Positions 16,591 through 25,965 of a DNA stretch of 64,000 nucleotides are shown in pieces. The DNA is from Elusimicrobiota bacterium. Its GTDB lineage: Bacteria; Elusimicrobiota; Elusimicrobia; UBA1565; UBA9628. The notes beneath the pieces are model-generated. The model was given only the letters and a program-made list of their open reading frames with translations, made no database searches and had not been told where the DNA came from. Numbering within the stretch: the first letter of the stretch is position 1; the number at the start of each line of letters is the position of its first letter. The translations under genes and the position numbers were made by a program. The stretch lies in the NCBI GenBank assembly GCA_026388095.1, contig JAPLKL010000041.1, positions 36,016-100,015 of the forward strand. Reading direction: 5' to 3'.

Positions 16591-18878
16591 TTGGGCGCCG
16601 TCCCCGGCGGCGGGGGGCCTCCGCCGGAACCCTTCTTCTTCTTGGTCTCGTCGCTCTCGTACATCTCGCGCGGCATCTTGATGCCCTTGAGTTTGAACTC
16701 CTCATGGAAGCTCGGGACGTAGTCCTGGCCCGTGTAGTAGCCGACGCTGCGGCCCTGCTCGTCCACGGACACCTGCTTGAACCGGAAGATGTCCTTGGTC
16801 TTGACCTGGTTGCCGTCCTTGCCCGTGATCTCCGTGATGTAGGTGACCCGGCGCTTGCCGTCCGAGAAGCGGGTGATCTGCACGATCATATGGACGGCGC
16901 TGGAGATCATGTCGACCAGGACGCTCATGGGCAGTTCGGTGCCCGAGAACAGGCACATGGCCGAGAGGCGCGAGACGGCGTCGTTGGGGGTGTTGGCGTG
17001 GATGGTGGCCAGCGACCCTTCGTGGCCGGTGTTCATGGCCTGGAGCATGTCCAAGGCCTCGCCGCCGCGGCACTCGCCGACCACGATGCGGTCGGGGCGC
17101 ATGCGCAGGCAGTTCTTGACCAGGTCGCGGATGGTGATCTCGCCCTTGCCCTCGATGTTGGGCGGCCGGCTCTCCAGGCGCACCCAGTGCTCCTGCATGA
17201 GCTTGAGCTCGGCCGTGTCTTCCACCGTGACGATGCGCTCGTCCTCCGGGATGAAGTTGGAGAGCATGTTGAGGAAGGTGGTCTTGCCGGTGCCGGTGCC
17301 CCCCGAGATGATGATGTTCTTGCGCAGCAGCACGCAGTCCTTGAGGAACTCGATCATGTCCGGGGAGACCGAGCCGAAGCCGATGAGCTGCTTGTAGGTG
17401 AAGGGCTTGGCCGAGAAGCGCCGGATGGTCAGGCTGGGCCCGGAGACGGCCAGGGGCGCGATGATGGCGTTGACGCGCGAGCCGTCCTTGAGGCGGGCGT
17501 CCACCAGCGGCACCGACTCGTCGATGCGCCGGCCGATGGGGGCCACGATGCGCTTGATGACCTGGATGACCTGCTCGTCGCTGCGGAAGCGGTTGGGCAG
17601 GAGCACCAGCTTGCCGGCCCGCTCGATGTAGATGTGGTCGAAGGAGTTGACCATGATCTCGTTGACGGTGGGGTCGCGCATGAGGGCCTGCAGGGGCCCC
17701 AGGCCCAGGATCTCGTCGACCAGCTCGCCGACGAACTGCTCGCGCTGCGCGCGCGAGAGCGGCAGGTTCGCCTCCCGCTGCAGGAGGTTCTCGATGATGG
17801 AGGAGACCTTCTTGTGGTTCTCGTCGTTCTGCCCCACGTCGTCCGAGATGCGGATGCGCTCGGTCTCCATGGCGGTCACGACCTGCTTGTGCATCTTGGT
17901 CTTGAGCTCGTCCCAGAACTCCGGGATCCCCGCGGCGGCCGCCGCCCCCGCCCCCGCGGTCTTGTTCGTCTCCGCCGCCGCGGTCTTCGCGGCGGTGCCG
18001 CCGCCCGCGCTGCCCTGGGGCTTCCAGAGGAAGTCGGCGCCCTCGCTGAACTCCTCGGCCGGCATGTAGCTCTCCCAGGACTTCGGGGTGGGCTTGAGCT
18101 CCATGGTCCGGCCCAGGATGATGCGCAGGGTCTTGACCCACTCGCTCTGCAGGTTCTCGACCACGAGGATCTTCTGGGTGTTGGCGTACTCGGGGAGCAG
18201 GTCCTCCCAGGGCATGTAGGCCAGGACCTTCTTCTGCATGGCGCTGAAGAACCGGTCGACCTCCTTGGGCGCCAGCGCCCCGGGGAGGTTCGCCGCGTTG
18301 ACGATGACCTCGAACTTCTCCAGGGGGAAGTGCAGGGCCTTGATCTCCTGGAACATGTTGTAGGTGGCCTCGAAATGGGCGCGTTGGGGCAGACAGACCC
18401 AGTAGATGAGGTCGGCCAAGTCGAAGGAGAAGATCTGCATCGGGAAGAAGGGGTCCACGTCCAGGAACAGGTCGTAGGCCTCGGCGAGCGAGCCCAGGAT
18501 CTGCACCACCAGCTGCGGGGAGAGGCTCAGAATCTCGGAGCGCTTGGCGGCCAGGGGCAGCAGGCCGACCCCCCACTGGGTCATGGGGATGCGGCCCTTG
18601 AGGAGCCTGCCCAGGCCGGTGGGGTTGTCCCCGACGAGCTGCGCCATGCTGGCCACGGTCGGCGGGTTGACCCCGAGCAGGTAGGAGATATCGTTGCGGC
18701 AGAGGGGGTCCATGTGGACGATGATGACCTTCCGGTTCTGGCTGCCGGCCCAGGCCAAGGCCAGGTTGAGGCACAAGGTGGTCTTGCCGACCCCTTCCTT
18801 GGGGCCGGTGAACACGAGCACCCGGCTCGGCTCCTTGGCGAGCCGCCCGGTCTCAGTCTCGGGCTTGACTTCTGCCAT
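16587..18878 (-). CDS. tadA: TadZ/CpaE (MinD-like)-TadA/CpaF ATPase fusion
   Basis: N-terminal [10 protein letters not shown] deviant Walker A; C-terminal [10 protein letters not shown] and [30 protein letters not shown]. Confidence 0.92.
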   Translation of the reverse strand: MAEVKPETETGRLAKEPSRVLVFTGPKEGVGKTTLCLNLALAWAGSQNRKVIIVHMDPLCRNDISYLLGVNPPTVASMAQLVGDNPTGLGRLLKGRIPMTQWGVGLLPLAAKRSEILSLSPQLVVQILGSLAEAYDLFLDVDPFFPMQIFSFDLADLIYWVCLPQRAHFEATYNMFQEIKALHFPLEKFEVIVNAANLPGALAPKEVDRFFSAMQKKVLAYMPWEDLLPEYANTQKILVVENLQSEWVKTLRIILGRTMELKPTPKSWESYMPAEEFSEGADFLWKPQGSAGGGTAAKTAAAETNKTAGAGAAAAAGIPEFWDELKTKMHKQVVTAMETERIRISDDVGQNDENHKKVSSIIENLLQREANLPLSRAQREQFVGELVDEILGLGPLQALMRDPTVNEIMVNSFDHIYIERAGKLVLLPNRFRSDEQVIQVIKRIVAPIGRRIDESVPLVDARLKDGSRVNAIIAPLAVSGPSLTIRRFSAKPFTYKQLIGFGSVSPDMIEFLKDCVLLRKNIIISGGTGTGKTTFLNMLSNFIPEDERIVTVEDTAELKLMQEHWVRLESRPPNIEGKGEITIRDLVKNCLRMRPDRIVVGECRGGEALDMLQAMNTGHEGSLATIHANTPNDAVSRLSAMCLFSGTELPMSVLVDMISSAVHMIVQITRFSDGKRRVTYITEITGKDGNQVKTKDIFRFKQVSVDEQGRSVGYYTGQDYVPSFHEEFKLKGIKMPREMYESDETKKKKGSGGGPPPPGTAPK

Positions 18879-18890
18879 GACGGCGCTCCC

Positions 18891-19643
18891 TTATTTGACG
18901 ATCTCCATGGTGATGAACAGGAACAGCGAGGACTGCGTCTCCACGACGCTCGAGCTGGTGAAGAGCAGTCCCAGAATCGGGATCCGGCCTATATAGGGTA
19001 CGCGCGTCTTGGTCACGTTCTTGGTGCTCGACTTCAGGCCCCCCAAGACCAGCGTCTCGCCGCTCTTGATCTCGACCGAGGTCTGGATCTGGCGGGTGAC
19101 GAAGGACGGCACCGTGGTGTTGCCCACCTGCACGGGCTTGGAGTAGTCCGGGTTGGAGACCTCCAGCTGCAGCTCCGCGCGGATGGTGTCCTTCTTGTTC
19201 GGGTTGATGACCGGCATGATGTTGAGGATGACCCCGTACTTCTTGAGCTCGACTCCCACGCTGCCCGTGGCCCCGGTCACCGGATAGGGCTGCTCGCCGC
19301 CGACCACGAAGTTGGCCTGCGATTGGGCCTGCACGATGACCTTGGGATTGGAGAGCAGCTGCGCCTTGCCTTCGGTCTCCAGCATCTTCAGCGAGGCCTG
19401 CAAGGCGGTCTGCCGGGCGAAGTCCCCGATCTTGTATATGCCGGGGATCTCCTTCTCCGCGAAGTTGATGCCGCTCTGCAAAGGTCCCCATGTGAAACCC
19501 GTGGACACATCCTTGGAGCCGGAAAGCTCCACGATATCCGCCGAGACCGCCACGAGGGAATCCTCGGGCTGGGCCCAGAGCTGCGCGCCGCCCAAAAGCA
19601 GCGCCAGCGAAAGCGACAGACGCCCTGACAGTTGTCTCAGCAT
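18891..19643 (-). CDS. rcpA: Tad secretin (RcpA/CpaC-like), secretin core only
   Basis: Signal peptide; LETEGKAQLLSNPK, GETLVLGGL, VPYIGRIPILGLLF secretin signature. Confidence 0.85.
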   Translation of the reverse strand: MLRQLSGRLSLSLALLLGGAQLWAQPEDSLVAVSADIVELSGSKDVSTGFTWGPLQSGINFAEKEIPGIYKIGDFARQTALQASLKMLETEGKAQLLSNPKVIVQAQSQANFVVGGEQPYPVTGATGSVGVELKKYGVILNIMPVINPNKKDTIRAELQLEVSNPDYSKPVQVGNTTVPSFVTRQIQTSVEIKSGETLVLGGLKSSTKNVTKTRVPYIGRIPILGLLFTSSSVVETQSSLFLFITMEIVK

Positions 19644-19688
19644 GATGTCGTACCGTTGCGGCTCGAAACGCCTCTACGTCAGGTCCGG

Positions 19689-20444
19689 CTACTTGAACAG
19701 CTTGCGGAAACTCGCCATCTCCATCGGATGCATCTCCACGTCGCCCAGACCCCGCAGGACCACGGTCGTGTCGCCCTGCTTCATGGCCAAGGACAGGTAC
19801 TGCGCCTCGTTGGGGTTGAGCGCCAGCGCGATCATGGCCTTCTCCGAGAAGGCCGCGGTCTTGTCCTCCTTGTCCGTGGCGACCTTGGCCTGCTTGGCGT
19901 TCATCCCCTGGCCGAGGTTCGTCCCCACCGCGATGACCAGGACGTTCTGCAGGATGGTCGCCGTCACCCGCTCCTTGCGGCCGTCCGCCATCACGGCCTC
20001 GAAGGTCACCAGGACGTCCACGCGGTCGCCCGGCTTGATGAGGGGCTTGAGCTCGTTCTCGATGCCCAGGATGGCGCCGCGATAGCCCGGCGGGATCTTG
20101 ACGCTCAGGCCGGCCTCGGGAGACAGGGAGATCAGCGCCGACTGGCAGATCTGGTTGCCCTTGGGGACACGCACCCGGGTGACCAGGTTGGCGATGAGCT
20201 TGATGTCGGCCGGAGTCTTGACCTCGAAGGCGTCCTGCTCCATGAACTTGCGCGGGACCTGCATCGGCTCGGCCATCTCCTCCTTGAGCACGGTGCGCTC
20301 CGGGATGTCCACGCGGGCGACCAGGACCTGGCCGGTTTCATAGGCCGAGGAAAGCGCCCGCTCCTTGCTCGTGAGCACCATCAAGTAGAAGATGGCGGCC
20401 CCCATGGCCAGCACCATCGGCACCAATATCCCTTTCTTTTCCAT
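19689..20444 (-). CDS. cpaB: Flp pilus assembly protein CpaB/RcpC
   Basis: N-terminal TM, SAF-like VLVARVDIP, IKPGDRVDVLV, ILQNVLVIAVG. Confidence 0.92.
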   Translation of the reverse strand: MEKKGILVPMVLAMGAAIFYLMVLTSKERALSSAYETGQVLVARVDIPERTVLKEEMAEPMQVPRKFMEQDAFEVKTPADIKLIANLVTRVRVPKGNQICQSALISLSPEAGLSVKIPPGYRGAILGIENELKPLIKPGDRVDVLVTFEAVMADGRKERVTATILQNVLVIAVGTNLGQGMNAKQAKVATDKEDKTAAFSEKAMIALALNPNEAQYLSLAMKQGDTTVVLRGLGDVEMHPMEMASFRKLFK

Positions 20445-20447
20445 AGT

Positions 20448-20915
20448 TCAGAAGGCCAGAGGCCTCTCGATGGGCATGCGCACCTCCGCCGAGATTGTGC
20501 ACCAGCCCCCGCCCGGCCCCTGCGGGCAGAGGATCGGCGACGACATCAGGATGCTGCTCAACGGGAAGACGAACTTGATCGGGTTGCTTCCCGTCACCAC
20601 GAGGTCTGCGTTGGTGACCTGCGCCTGAGTGTCCTGGAAGGAGTGGTAGTCCAAGGTGCAGGACACGGTCGCGGACTGGAGGATGCGTTTCATCAGAGGC
20701 ACCAAGCGGCCGCAGTCAGGCAACACCGTGCCGCTGGAGAGGCATTGGGTCATGGCCCCGATGCGGGCCACCTCGTAGGTGGCGTGGTTGAGCAGGATCA
20801 TCTGGAACGACATGTAGCCCATCTCCATGATCGTGAAGACGATGGTCAGGAAAATAGGCAGGACGAGGAGCATCTCCACGAGAACCTGCCCATGTTTCCA
20901 TCCCCTCTTCGACAC
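20448..20915 (-). CDS. tadE: TadE-like minor pilin
   Basis: G|QVLVEMLLVLPIFL...HATYEVARIG. Confidence 0.85.
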   Translation of the reverse strand: MSKRGWKHGQVLVEMLLVLPIFLTIVFTIMEMGYMSFQMILLNHATYEVARIGAMTQCLSSGTVLPDCGRLVPLMKRILQSATVSCTLDYHSFQDTQAQVTNADLVVTGSNPIKFVFPLSSILMSSPILCPQGPGGGWCTISAEVRMPIERPLAF

Positions 20916-20983
20916 GACCCCCCCTCGGGGCCCTCGCGGGCCCGCGTCTTTGCGTCAAACGGCGAGGCTGCAGCCTGCGGCTC

Positions 20984-21190
20984 TTAGTTGCCCTGCCCCA
21001 ACGACGTGGCGGCGCCTGAGATCATCTGCTGGATCGAGCTGAACAGACCCGGCATGAACCGCTTGAGCGCCACCCCGGCCACCAGCACGACGCCCACGAC
21101 CACCGTCAGCATCAGCAGATACTCTACGGTGTTCTGACCTTTCCGGCTCTTGAGCCACTTGCGCGCCGCTTCCACTCTCATCGTCATCAT
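20984..21190 (-). CDS. flp: Flp/type IVc major pilin
   Basis: AAGGAG RBS; RKG|QNTVEYLLMLTVVVGVVLVAG Flp motif (G-1, E+5, Y+6). Confidence 0.88.
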   Translation of the reverse strand: MMTMRVEAARKWLKSRKGQNTVEYLLMLTVVVGVVLVAGVALKRFMPGLFSSIQQMISGAATSLGQGN

Positions 21191-21212
21191 ACGTTTCGCT
21201 CTCCTTGCACGA

Positions 21213-21380
21213 TCAGTAATAGGTCGAAAGAATCTTCTTGCCGGCCAGGATGAACAGCAGCTTCAACTGCCCCTGGATGAACCCGTACATGGCCGCGAAG
21301 CACGTCACCAAGACCATCGTGGTCAGGATGTACTCGACCGCAGCCTGTCCTTTCCGCCATCCCGGCATCTTCAGAGCCAT
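21213..21380 (-). CDS. flp: Second Flp-like pilin (55 aa, absent from ORF track)
   Basis: Manual translation MALKMPGWRKG|QAAVEYILTTMVLVTCFAAMYGFIQGQLKLLFILAGKKILSTYY*. Confidence 0.8.
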   Translation of the reverse strand: MALKMPGWRKGQAAVEYILTTMVLVTCFAAMYGFIQGQLKLLFILAGKKILSTYY

Positions 21381-21391
21381 GTACGTCATTG

Positions 21392-21420
21392 AGTGTATCA
21401 GCCACGGTTTTCCTTGTCAA
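21392..21420 (-). promoter_or_regulatory. sigma70-type promoter of flp-tad operon, TTGACA-N17-TACACT
   Basis: Consensus -35 at 21415-21420, 17-nt spacer, -10 at 21392-21397. Confidence 0.8.
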
Positions 21421-21442
21421 TAACCTTTCCATTAAAAATACA

Positions 21443-22417
21443 TTAAAACTTGACCTTAAAGGAGAATTGGTCGACGGTGCCGAGAGCTCCGTAAGGGACG
21501 TAGGCATAGTCCAGGGCGATGCCGTACCCGAAGGCCCGCGAGGTGAACAGCCCGAAACCGAAGGAAAGACCGGCGGTCCGGTCCATGCGCAGGTTCTTGA
21601 GCGTGCCGTCGAAGCTCTGGCCCAGGGTGTCCGCGTTGTAGTACCCCGCCCGGAACGTGACCTGCCCGACGTCGAGATACTGCTCGGGGAGCATGAATTC
21701 CCCGCCCACGCCGAAATGGGCTCCCGAGTCGGAGGCCTCATTGAGCTCCAGGCCGATATTGAAGAAGTCTCCCAGCCGCAGGGCCGCCCCGCCCCGCGTC
21801 GTGGCGGGGACGTTCTCCTTGTTGGTCCCGAAGTTCTGCACCGCGAATCCCAAGGTCAGCACGCTGTTGGGCTTGAGCAGGACGCCGAAATCGCCGACGA
21901 CCGTGTCGTGCACGCGGCTGGCGAGGTCCTCATGGACCAAGCGCACCGCGCCGCCCAGGAACAGCTTCTCGTACCAGAACGACCGCGCCATGCCGATGGA
22001 GCCGAATCCGTCGCGCACATTGATGTTCTCGCCGGTCTGGGGTACGCCGTTGGCGTCGCGCACGTCGAAGCCCGATACGCTCATGTAGGCGATGTTGGCG
22101 CCCCAGACCGTGCGGCCCATGGGATGGGCGTAGCCCAGATAGAGGGGCGAGTCCGTGTCCTGGACGTAGCGCAGGTAGGAGTAGACCAACTCCTTCTGCT
22201 GGGTCAGGGCCAAGCCGGCGGGGTTCCAGGTCAAGGCGTCGGCGCCCTCGGCCAAGGCCACGTAGGCCTTGCCCAGGGCCTGGGCCCGCGCCGAGCCCTG
22301 CTGGAGCTCCATGAACTGGGCGCCGCTGGTGCCGGCTTGATCGGAGATGGCCCAAGCCGCGGCCGGGCCGCCGAGCAGCCAGACGCATGCGAGCAGGGCC
22401 GTTATCCCGAGTCTCAT
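21443..22417 (-). CDS. PorV/PorQ-family outer-membrane beta-barrel
   Basis: Signal peptide; GTSGAQFMEL...SARAQALGKAYVA...WNPAGLA; LDYAYVPYGALG; C-terminal Phe. Confidence 0.85.
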   Translation of the reverse strand: MRLGITALLACVWLLGGPAAAWAISDQAGTSGAQFMELQQGSARAQALGKAYVALAEGADALTWNPAGLALTQQKELVYSYLRYVQDTDSPLYLGYAHPMGRTVWGANIAYMSVSGFDVRDANGVPQTGENINVRDGFGSIGMARSFWYEKLFLGGAVRLVHEDLASRVHDTVVGDFGVLLKPNSVLTLGFAVQNFGTNKENVPATTRGGAALRLGDFFNIGLELNEASDSGAHFGVGGEFMLPEQYLDVGQVTFRAGYYNADTLGQSFDGTLKNLRMDRTAGLSFGFGLFTSRAFGYGIALDYAYVPYGALGTVDQFSFKVKF

Positions 22418-25400
22418 CGCACCAGGAATTTCTTCACCGTCTGCAGGATGTTCCTGCTGCCGTCCGTGGCTTCGGCCCGGAATACCGCGTAGTACAACCC
22501 GCGCGCCACCCGGCGGCCGGCGGAGTTGGAGCGGGTCCAGGCGAAGCACGGGACGCCGCCCGCCGTGGAGCCCCCGCTGACGTAGTTATTGGCCTGCTGC
22601 TCCCCGAAGTCCTTGTCCAGGACCAGCTCGCCGCTCATGGTGTAGAGCTTCATCTTGACGTCGGCCTGGAACGGCGAGAAGATGACGATGTTGGCGCTGT
22701 CGCCGTCCACGGGGTTGGGGTAGATGTAGGTGTTTCGCTCGAAATCCCCTTTGGGATCAGCGGACTGGTTGCGCACCACGGCGACCTCGTCGAGCGGCCG
22801 GTCCTCGGCCAGCTCCAGCGGGAAGATCACGTTGCCCGTCATATTGTCGATGGCGCTCATGTCCGTCGAAGCCACGATGCTGAATTTGTAATTCCCGTCG
22901 GGGGTCGCGCCCAGGCGCAGATCGGTGCCGTCCCAGGTCTCGGTGACCTCCGTGCGGCCCGGCCGCACGCCCACGATGCGCTTGACCAATGACACGGCCT
23001 CGGGCGGCGACGGGTTGCCGTTGCCGTCGAAGACGGTCCCTGGGCGGTAGATCTTGACCGACACCTTCATGGTCGCGGAGACCTGGTAGAGGATGCGCGC
23101 CCCCTCCGAGCCGTTGGTCAGCGGCGCGATGGCCACGTCGTAGATGCGCAGCGGGTCGTAGGCGATGGTCATCTGGGCCGTGGAGGGCTGGTTGAGCTGG
23201 GAGGCCACGTCCTGGGCCACGCCGCGCACCAGGTAGAAGCCGGACGGCGGGAAGTTGCCCTTGTCGTCCCGGCCGTCCCAGACGTCCTCCAGCAGCAGGC
23301 CGCCGTCGCGCACTCCCCCCAAGATGACCGAACGCACGACCTGGTTGGGGACGTTGTTGTTGAGGATCTGGATGGTGACCGAGGATTGGCGGGTGAGTGC
23401 GTAGCTGATGGTGAAGGGGTCCAAAGTGATGCTGGAGCTGGAGTTGAACATCTGCGGCACGGTCGGAGTCACGTTGAAGGTGGTGAAGATGATCGCGCCG
23501 CGGCTGACGGTCACGCTCCCGAAGACCCGGTCCGTGGCGTAGTACTGGGGAGTCGTCGTGGACTGCGCGACCAAGGTGAAGACGTAGCTGCCGTCCGGGA
23601 CCAGCAGTCCGTTGGCGTCCCGGCCGTCCCAGTATTCGGTGATGCGCATGCGGCCGGGCCGCATCCCGTGGTAGCTGATGAGGGGCCCGATCTTGCCGCC
23701 TTGGGAGTCCACGGTGTTGTCGCAGACGGTGGTGGACATGCCGCAGGGCGGCCAGGTGGAGGTGCTGTTCTTGATGACCGTGCCCGGGGAGTAGATGTTC
23801 CACACCACGTTCATGGGCTGGGAGAGTTGATAGTTGAGCGAGACCGAATCCGAGGTCCCGGCCATGAGCGGCGTGGTCACCACGTCCGTGATGCGGAACA
23901 GGTCAACCGGGAAAGACGACGACACCGTCGAGACCTTCATGGTGCACAAAGGGTCCGCGGCGGTCAGCTGGACGATGTAAGTGCCCGAAGTGACCCAACG
24001 GCCGGTGTTGTCCACCGCGTCGCCCCATATCTCCTGGTTGGCGAACAAGCCGGGCCGGACCACGTTTTCGGCGAGGGTCCTGACCAAAGTGGTCCCGTCG
24101 GCCTGGAAGATCTTCACGCTCGCGATGGCGTCGCGGCCGAGCTGATACCGGAACACGAAGGGATTGAGGCCGCTGATGGCCGGGCTGGAGCCGATGACGG
24201 TGGGGCTGGCGGCGATCTGGCTGAGGCCCACGTTGCCCCGCACCACCGGCATGAAGCCAGTCTGGGCCTTGGTCGTCCAGATGCGGCGGTCTTGCACGCT
24301 GCTGATGAAGGGGCTCCCGTTCTGCGAGGGCAGGGCGGCGTAGATCACGAAGACGTAGTCGCCGTCCGTGCAGACCGCGTTGCCGTTCATGTCCCGGCCG
24401 TCCCAGAAGGTCAACGCGGAGCCGCGGCCGGCCTTGATCTCCTCGAAATGGCGCACCAGGGGAGCCGGGGACGAGTTCGGGCCGGTGCAGGCGCCTATGT
24501 AGGGTTTGAAGTCCTTGGGTCCGTGCACCCACTCGAACCCGCCGGAGATGACTGGGCCCGCCCGGTCCAGGTTGACCGGGTCATTGACATTGTTGAGGTT
24601 GCCGCAGAACTGGGTGTTAGGAGGATAGATGTCTATATACACCGTCGCCGGCTCGGTGAGGGTGTAGCTCAAAGTCGCCAAAGACGTCGCTGAGCCCGCC
24701 AGAGGCGCGACCCTGAGGTCCGTGATCTGGAGGGGGTCCAAGCTGATCTGCCGCGTGGTCGGGTAGGACAGGTCGCCCCCGTACTGGTCAACGGCGAAGG
24801 CCTGCAAGGTCGCCAGGAACACCCCGGGGGGCAGGAGATCCCCGTTGTCTGCGCGGCCGTTCCAGGCATCGCCGTTGAGCAAGGTCCCGTTGGGCGTGCC
24901 CTCGCCCACGCGCGCCACGCCCGGCAGCACGGAGCGCAGCACCGCGCCGCTGTCCGGGTCGGTGACGGTGATGTACATCGAGGCGTCCTTGGAGAGCCGG
25001 TAAGTGATGTTGTAGGGCTCCACGTAGACCCCGGCGCTGCCCACCACCGTGGGAGAGGAGCGCACCACGTGCACGTTGGTGACGTCCACCTGCACGGGCT
25101 TCTGCAGGACGAAGAGCGCGTTGGCATCCATGGTGGCTCCCGCCGGATAGGCGCGCTGGGCCGTGATGGTGATGTTGCCGCTGGAGCCGGTCTGGTTGGT
25201 CTGGGCCGTGATGCGGAATCCGTACTGTCCGTTGGTCTTGCCCAACTCGCCCTGGATGCTGACTGCGCCGTCCCAGAGCACGCAGTAGGGTTTCACACCG
25301 CTCGTGGTGGAGTTGGTGTAGGGAGCCAGGACCCCGGGGGCGTCCACGAAGAAGGTGCGGATCGGCGGGGTGGAGCCCGCATCCAGGGGGTTGGCCCCGT

Positions 25401-25914
25401 CCTGGAACTTGAAAATCTCGAACTCCACCATGTCCAGGGCCACGGTGTCGGAGCCCGGGTTGTTGTAGCCGATCCCGGCGCAGAGGAAGACGTCGGAGTT
25501 GCAGATGTTGTTGCCGTTGACTGCGTCGCCGGCAGGGGAGTTGGCGGCGTCGCAGTTGGACAGCACCGTGGAGCTGCGCTGGTCGAACTCGATGTGGGGG
25601 TCGTTGGAGATGTTGCCATTCTGCGGCTGCAATCCCGAGACATCAGTGGGCGAAGTCGGGTTGATGTCCCCGCAATAAGTGGTGCCGCCCAGTTGGCAGT
25701 TGGACGAGCCGTCCAGACAGAAGAAGTGCTTCGTGAACGCATTATAATAGCAGTAGAAGCCGCTGTCCTTGACCACGAAGGACTGATCGATGAAGAGCTG
25801 GACCTGGCCCTGAGCGAAGAGGCGGGAGGGCAGGAGGAGGGACAGGAGGGCGGCGCCGTAGAAAGCCTGCGCCGCCCCCATGCCGCTTCGATGTCGGTTC
25901 ATAGAACGCATCAC
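22414..25914 (-). CDS. Large exported protein with tandem FlgD-Ig-like domains and T9SS-type C-terminal domain
   Basis: Signal peptide; seven WDG(R)D..G...GxY-type motifs; terminal YIYPNP...KLYTMSGELV...GLYY...KKFLVR; exact start uncertain (25914-25881). Confidence 0.85.
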   Translation of the reverse strand: MMRSMNRHRSGMGAAQAFYGAALLSLLLPSRLFAQGQVQLFIDQSFVVKDSGFYCYYNAFTKHFFCLDGSSNCQLGGTTYCGDINPTSPTDVSGLQPQNGNISNDPHIEFDQRSSTVLSNCDAANSPAGDAVNGNNICNSDVFLCAGIGYNNPGSDTVALDMVEFEIFKFQDGANPLDAGSTPPIRTFFVDAPGVLAPYTNSTTSGVKPYCVLWDGAVSIQGELGKTNGQYGFRITAQTNQTGSSGNITITAQRAYPAGATMDANALFVLQKPVQVDVTNVHVVRSSPTVVGSAGVYVEPYNITYRLSKDASMYITVTDPDSGAVLRSVLPGVARVGEGTPNGTLLNGDAWNGRADNGDLLPPGVFLATLQAFAVDQYGGDLSYPTTRQISLDPLQITDLRVAPLAGSATSLATLSYTLTEPATVYIDIYPPNTQFCGNLNNVNDPVNLDRAGPVISGGFEWVHGPKDFKPYIGACTGPNSSPAPLVRHFEEIKAGRGSALTFWDGRDMNGNAVCTDGDYVFVIYAALPSQNGSPFISSVQDRRIWTTKAQTGFMPVVRGNVGLSQIAASPTVIGSSPAISGLNPFVFRYQLGRDAIASVKIFQADGTTLVRTLAENVVRPGLFANQEIWGDAVDNTGRWVTSGTYIVQLTAADPLCTMKVSTVSSSFPVDLFRITDVVTTPLMAGTSDSVSLNYQLSQPMNVVWNIYSPGTVIKNSTSTWPPCGMSTTVCDNTVDSQGGKIGPLISYHGMRPGRMRITEYWDGRDANGLLVPDGSYVFTLVAQSTTTPQYYATDRVFGSVTVSRGAIIFTTFNVTPTVPQMFNSSSSITLDPFTISYALTRQSSVTIQILNNNVPNQVVRSVILGGVRDGGLLLEDVWDGRDDKGNFPPSGFYLVRGVAQDVASQLNQPSTAQMTIAYDPLRIYDVAIAPLTNGSEGARILYQVSATMKVSVKIYRPGTVFDGNGNPSPPEAVSLVKRIVGVRPGRTEVTETWDGTDLRLGATPDGNYKFSIVASTDMSAIDNMTGNVIFPLELAEDRPLDEVAVVRNQSADPKGDFERNTYIYPNPVDGDSANIVIFSPFQADVKMKLYTMSGELVLDKDFGEQQANNYVSGGSTAGGVPCFAWTRSNSAGRRVARGLYYAVFRAEATDGSRNILQTVKKFLVR

Positions 25915-25965
25915 CCTAGCAGTGCCAAAATAGCCTAAATCTGTTTCCGGAGTATTACCGGCATG

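Noticed and set aside
16704-19628. 974-aa plus-strand ORF
   Set aside because: Antisense to tadZ/A and the secretin
18891-19643. T2SS/T3SS or phage secretin
   Set aside because: Position between cpaB and tadZ/A identifies it as the Tad secretin
22414-25914. Flagellar hook-cap gene flgD
   Set aside because: Only the Ig-like motif recurs, in a 1166-aa Sec-exported protein; no flagellar genes nearby
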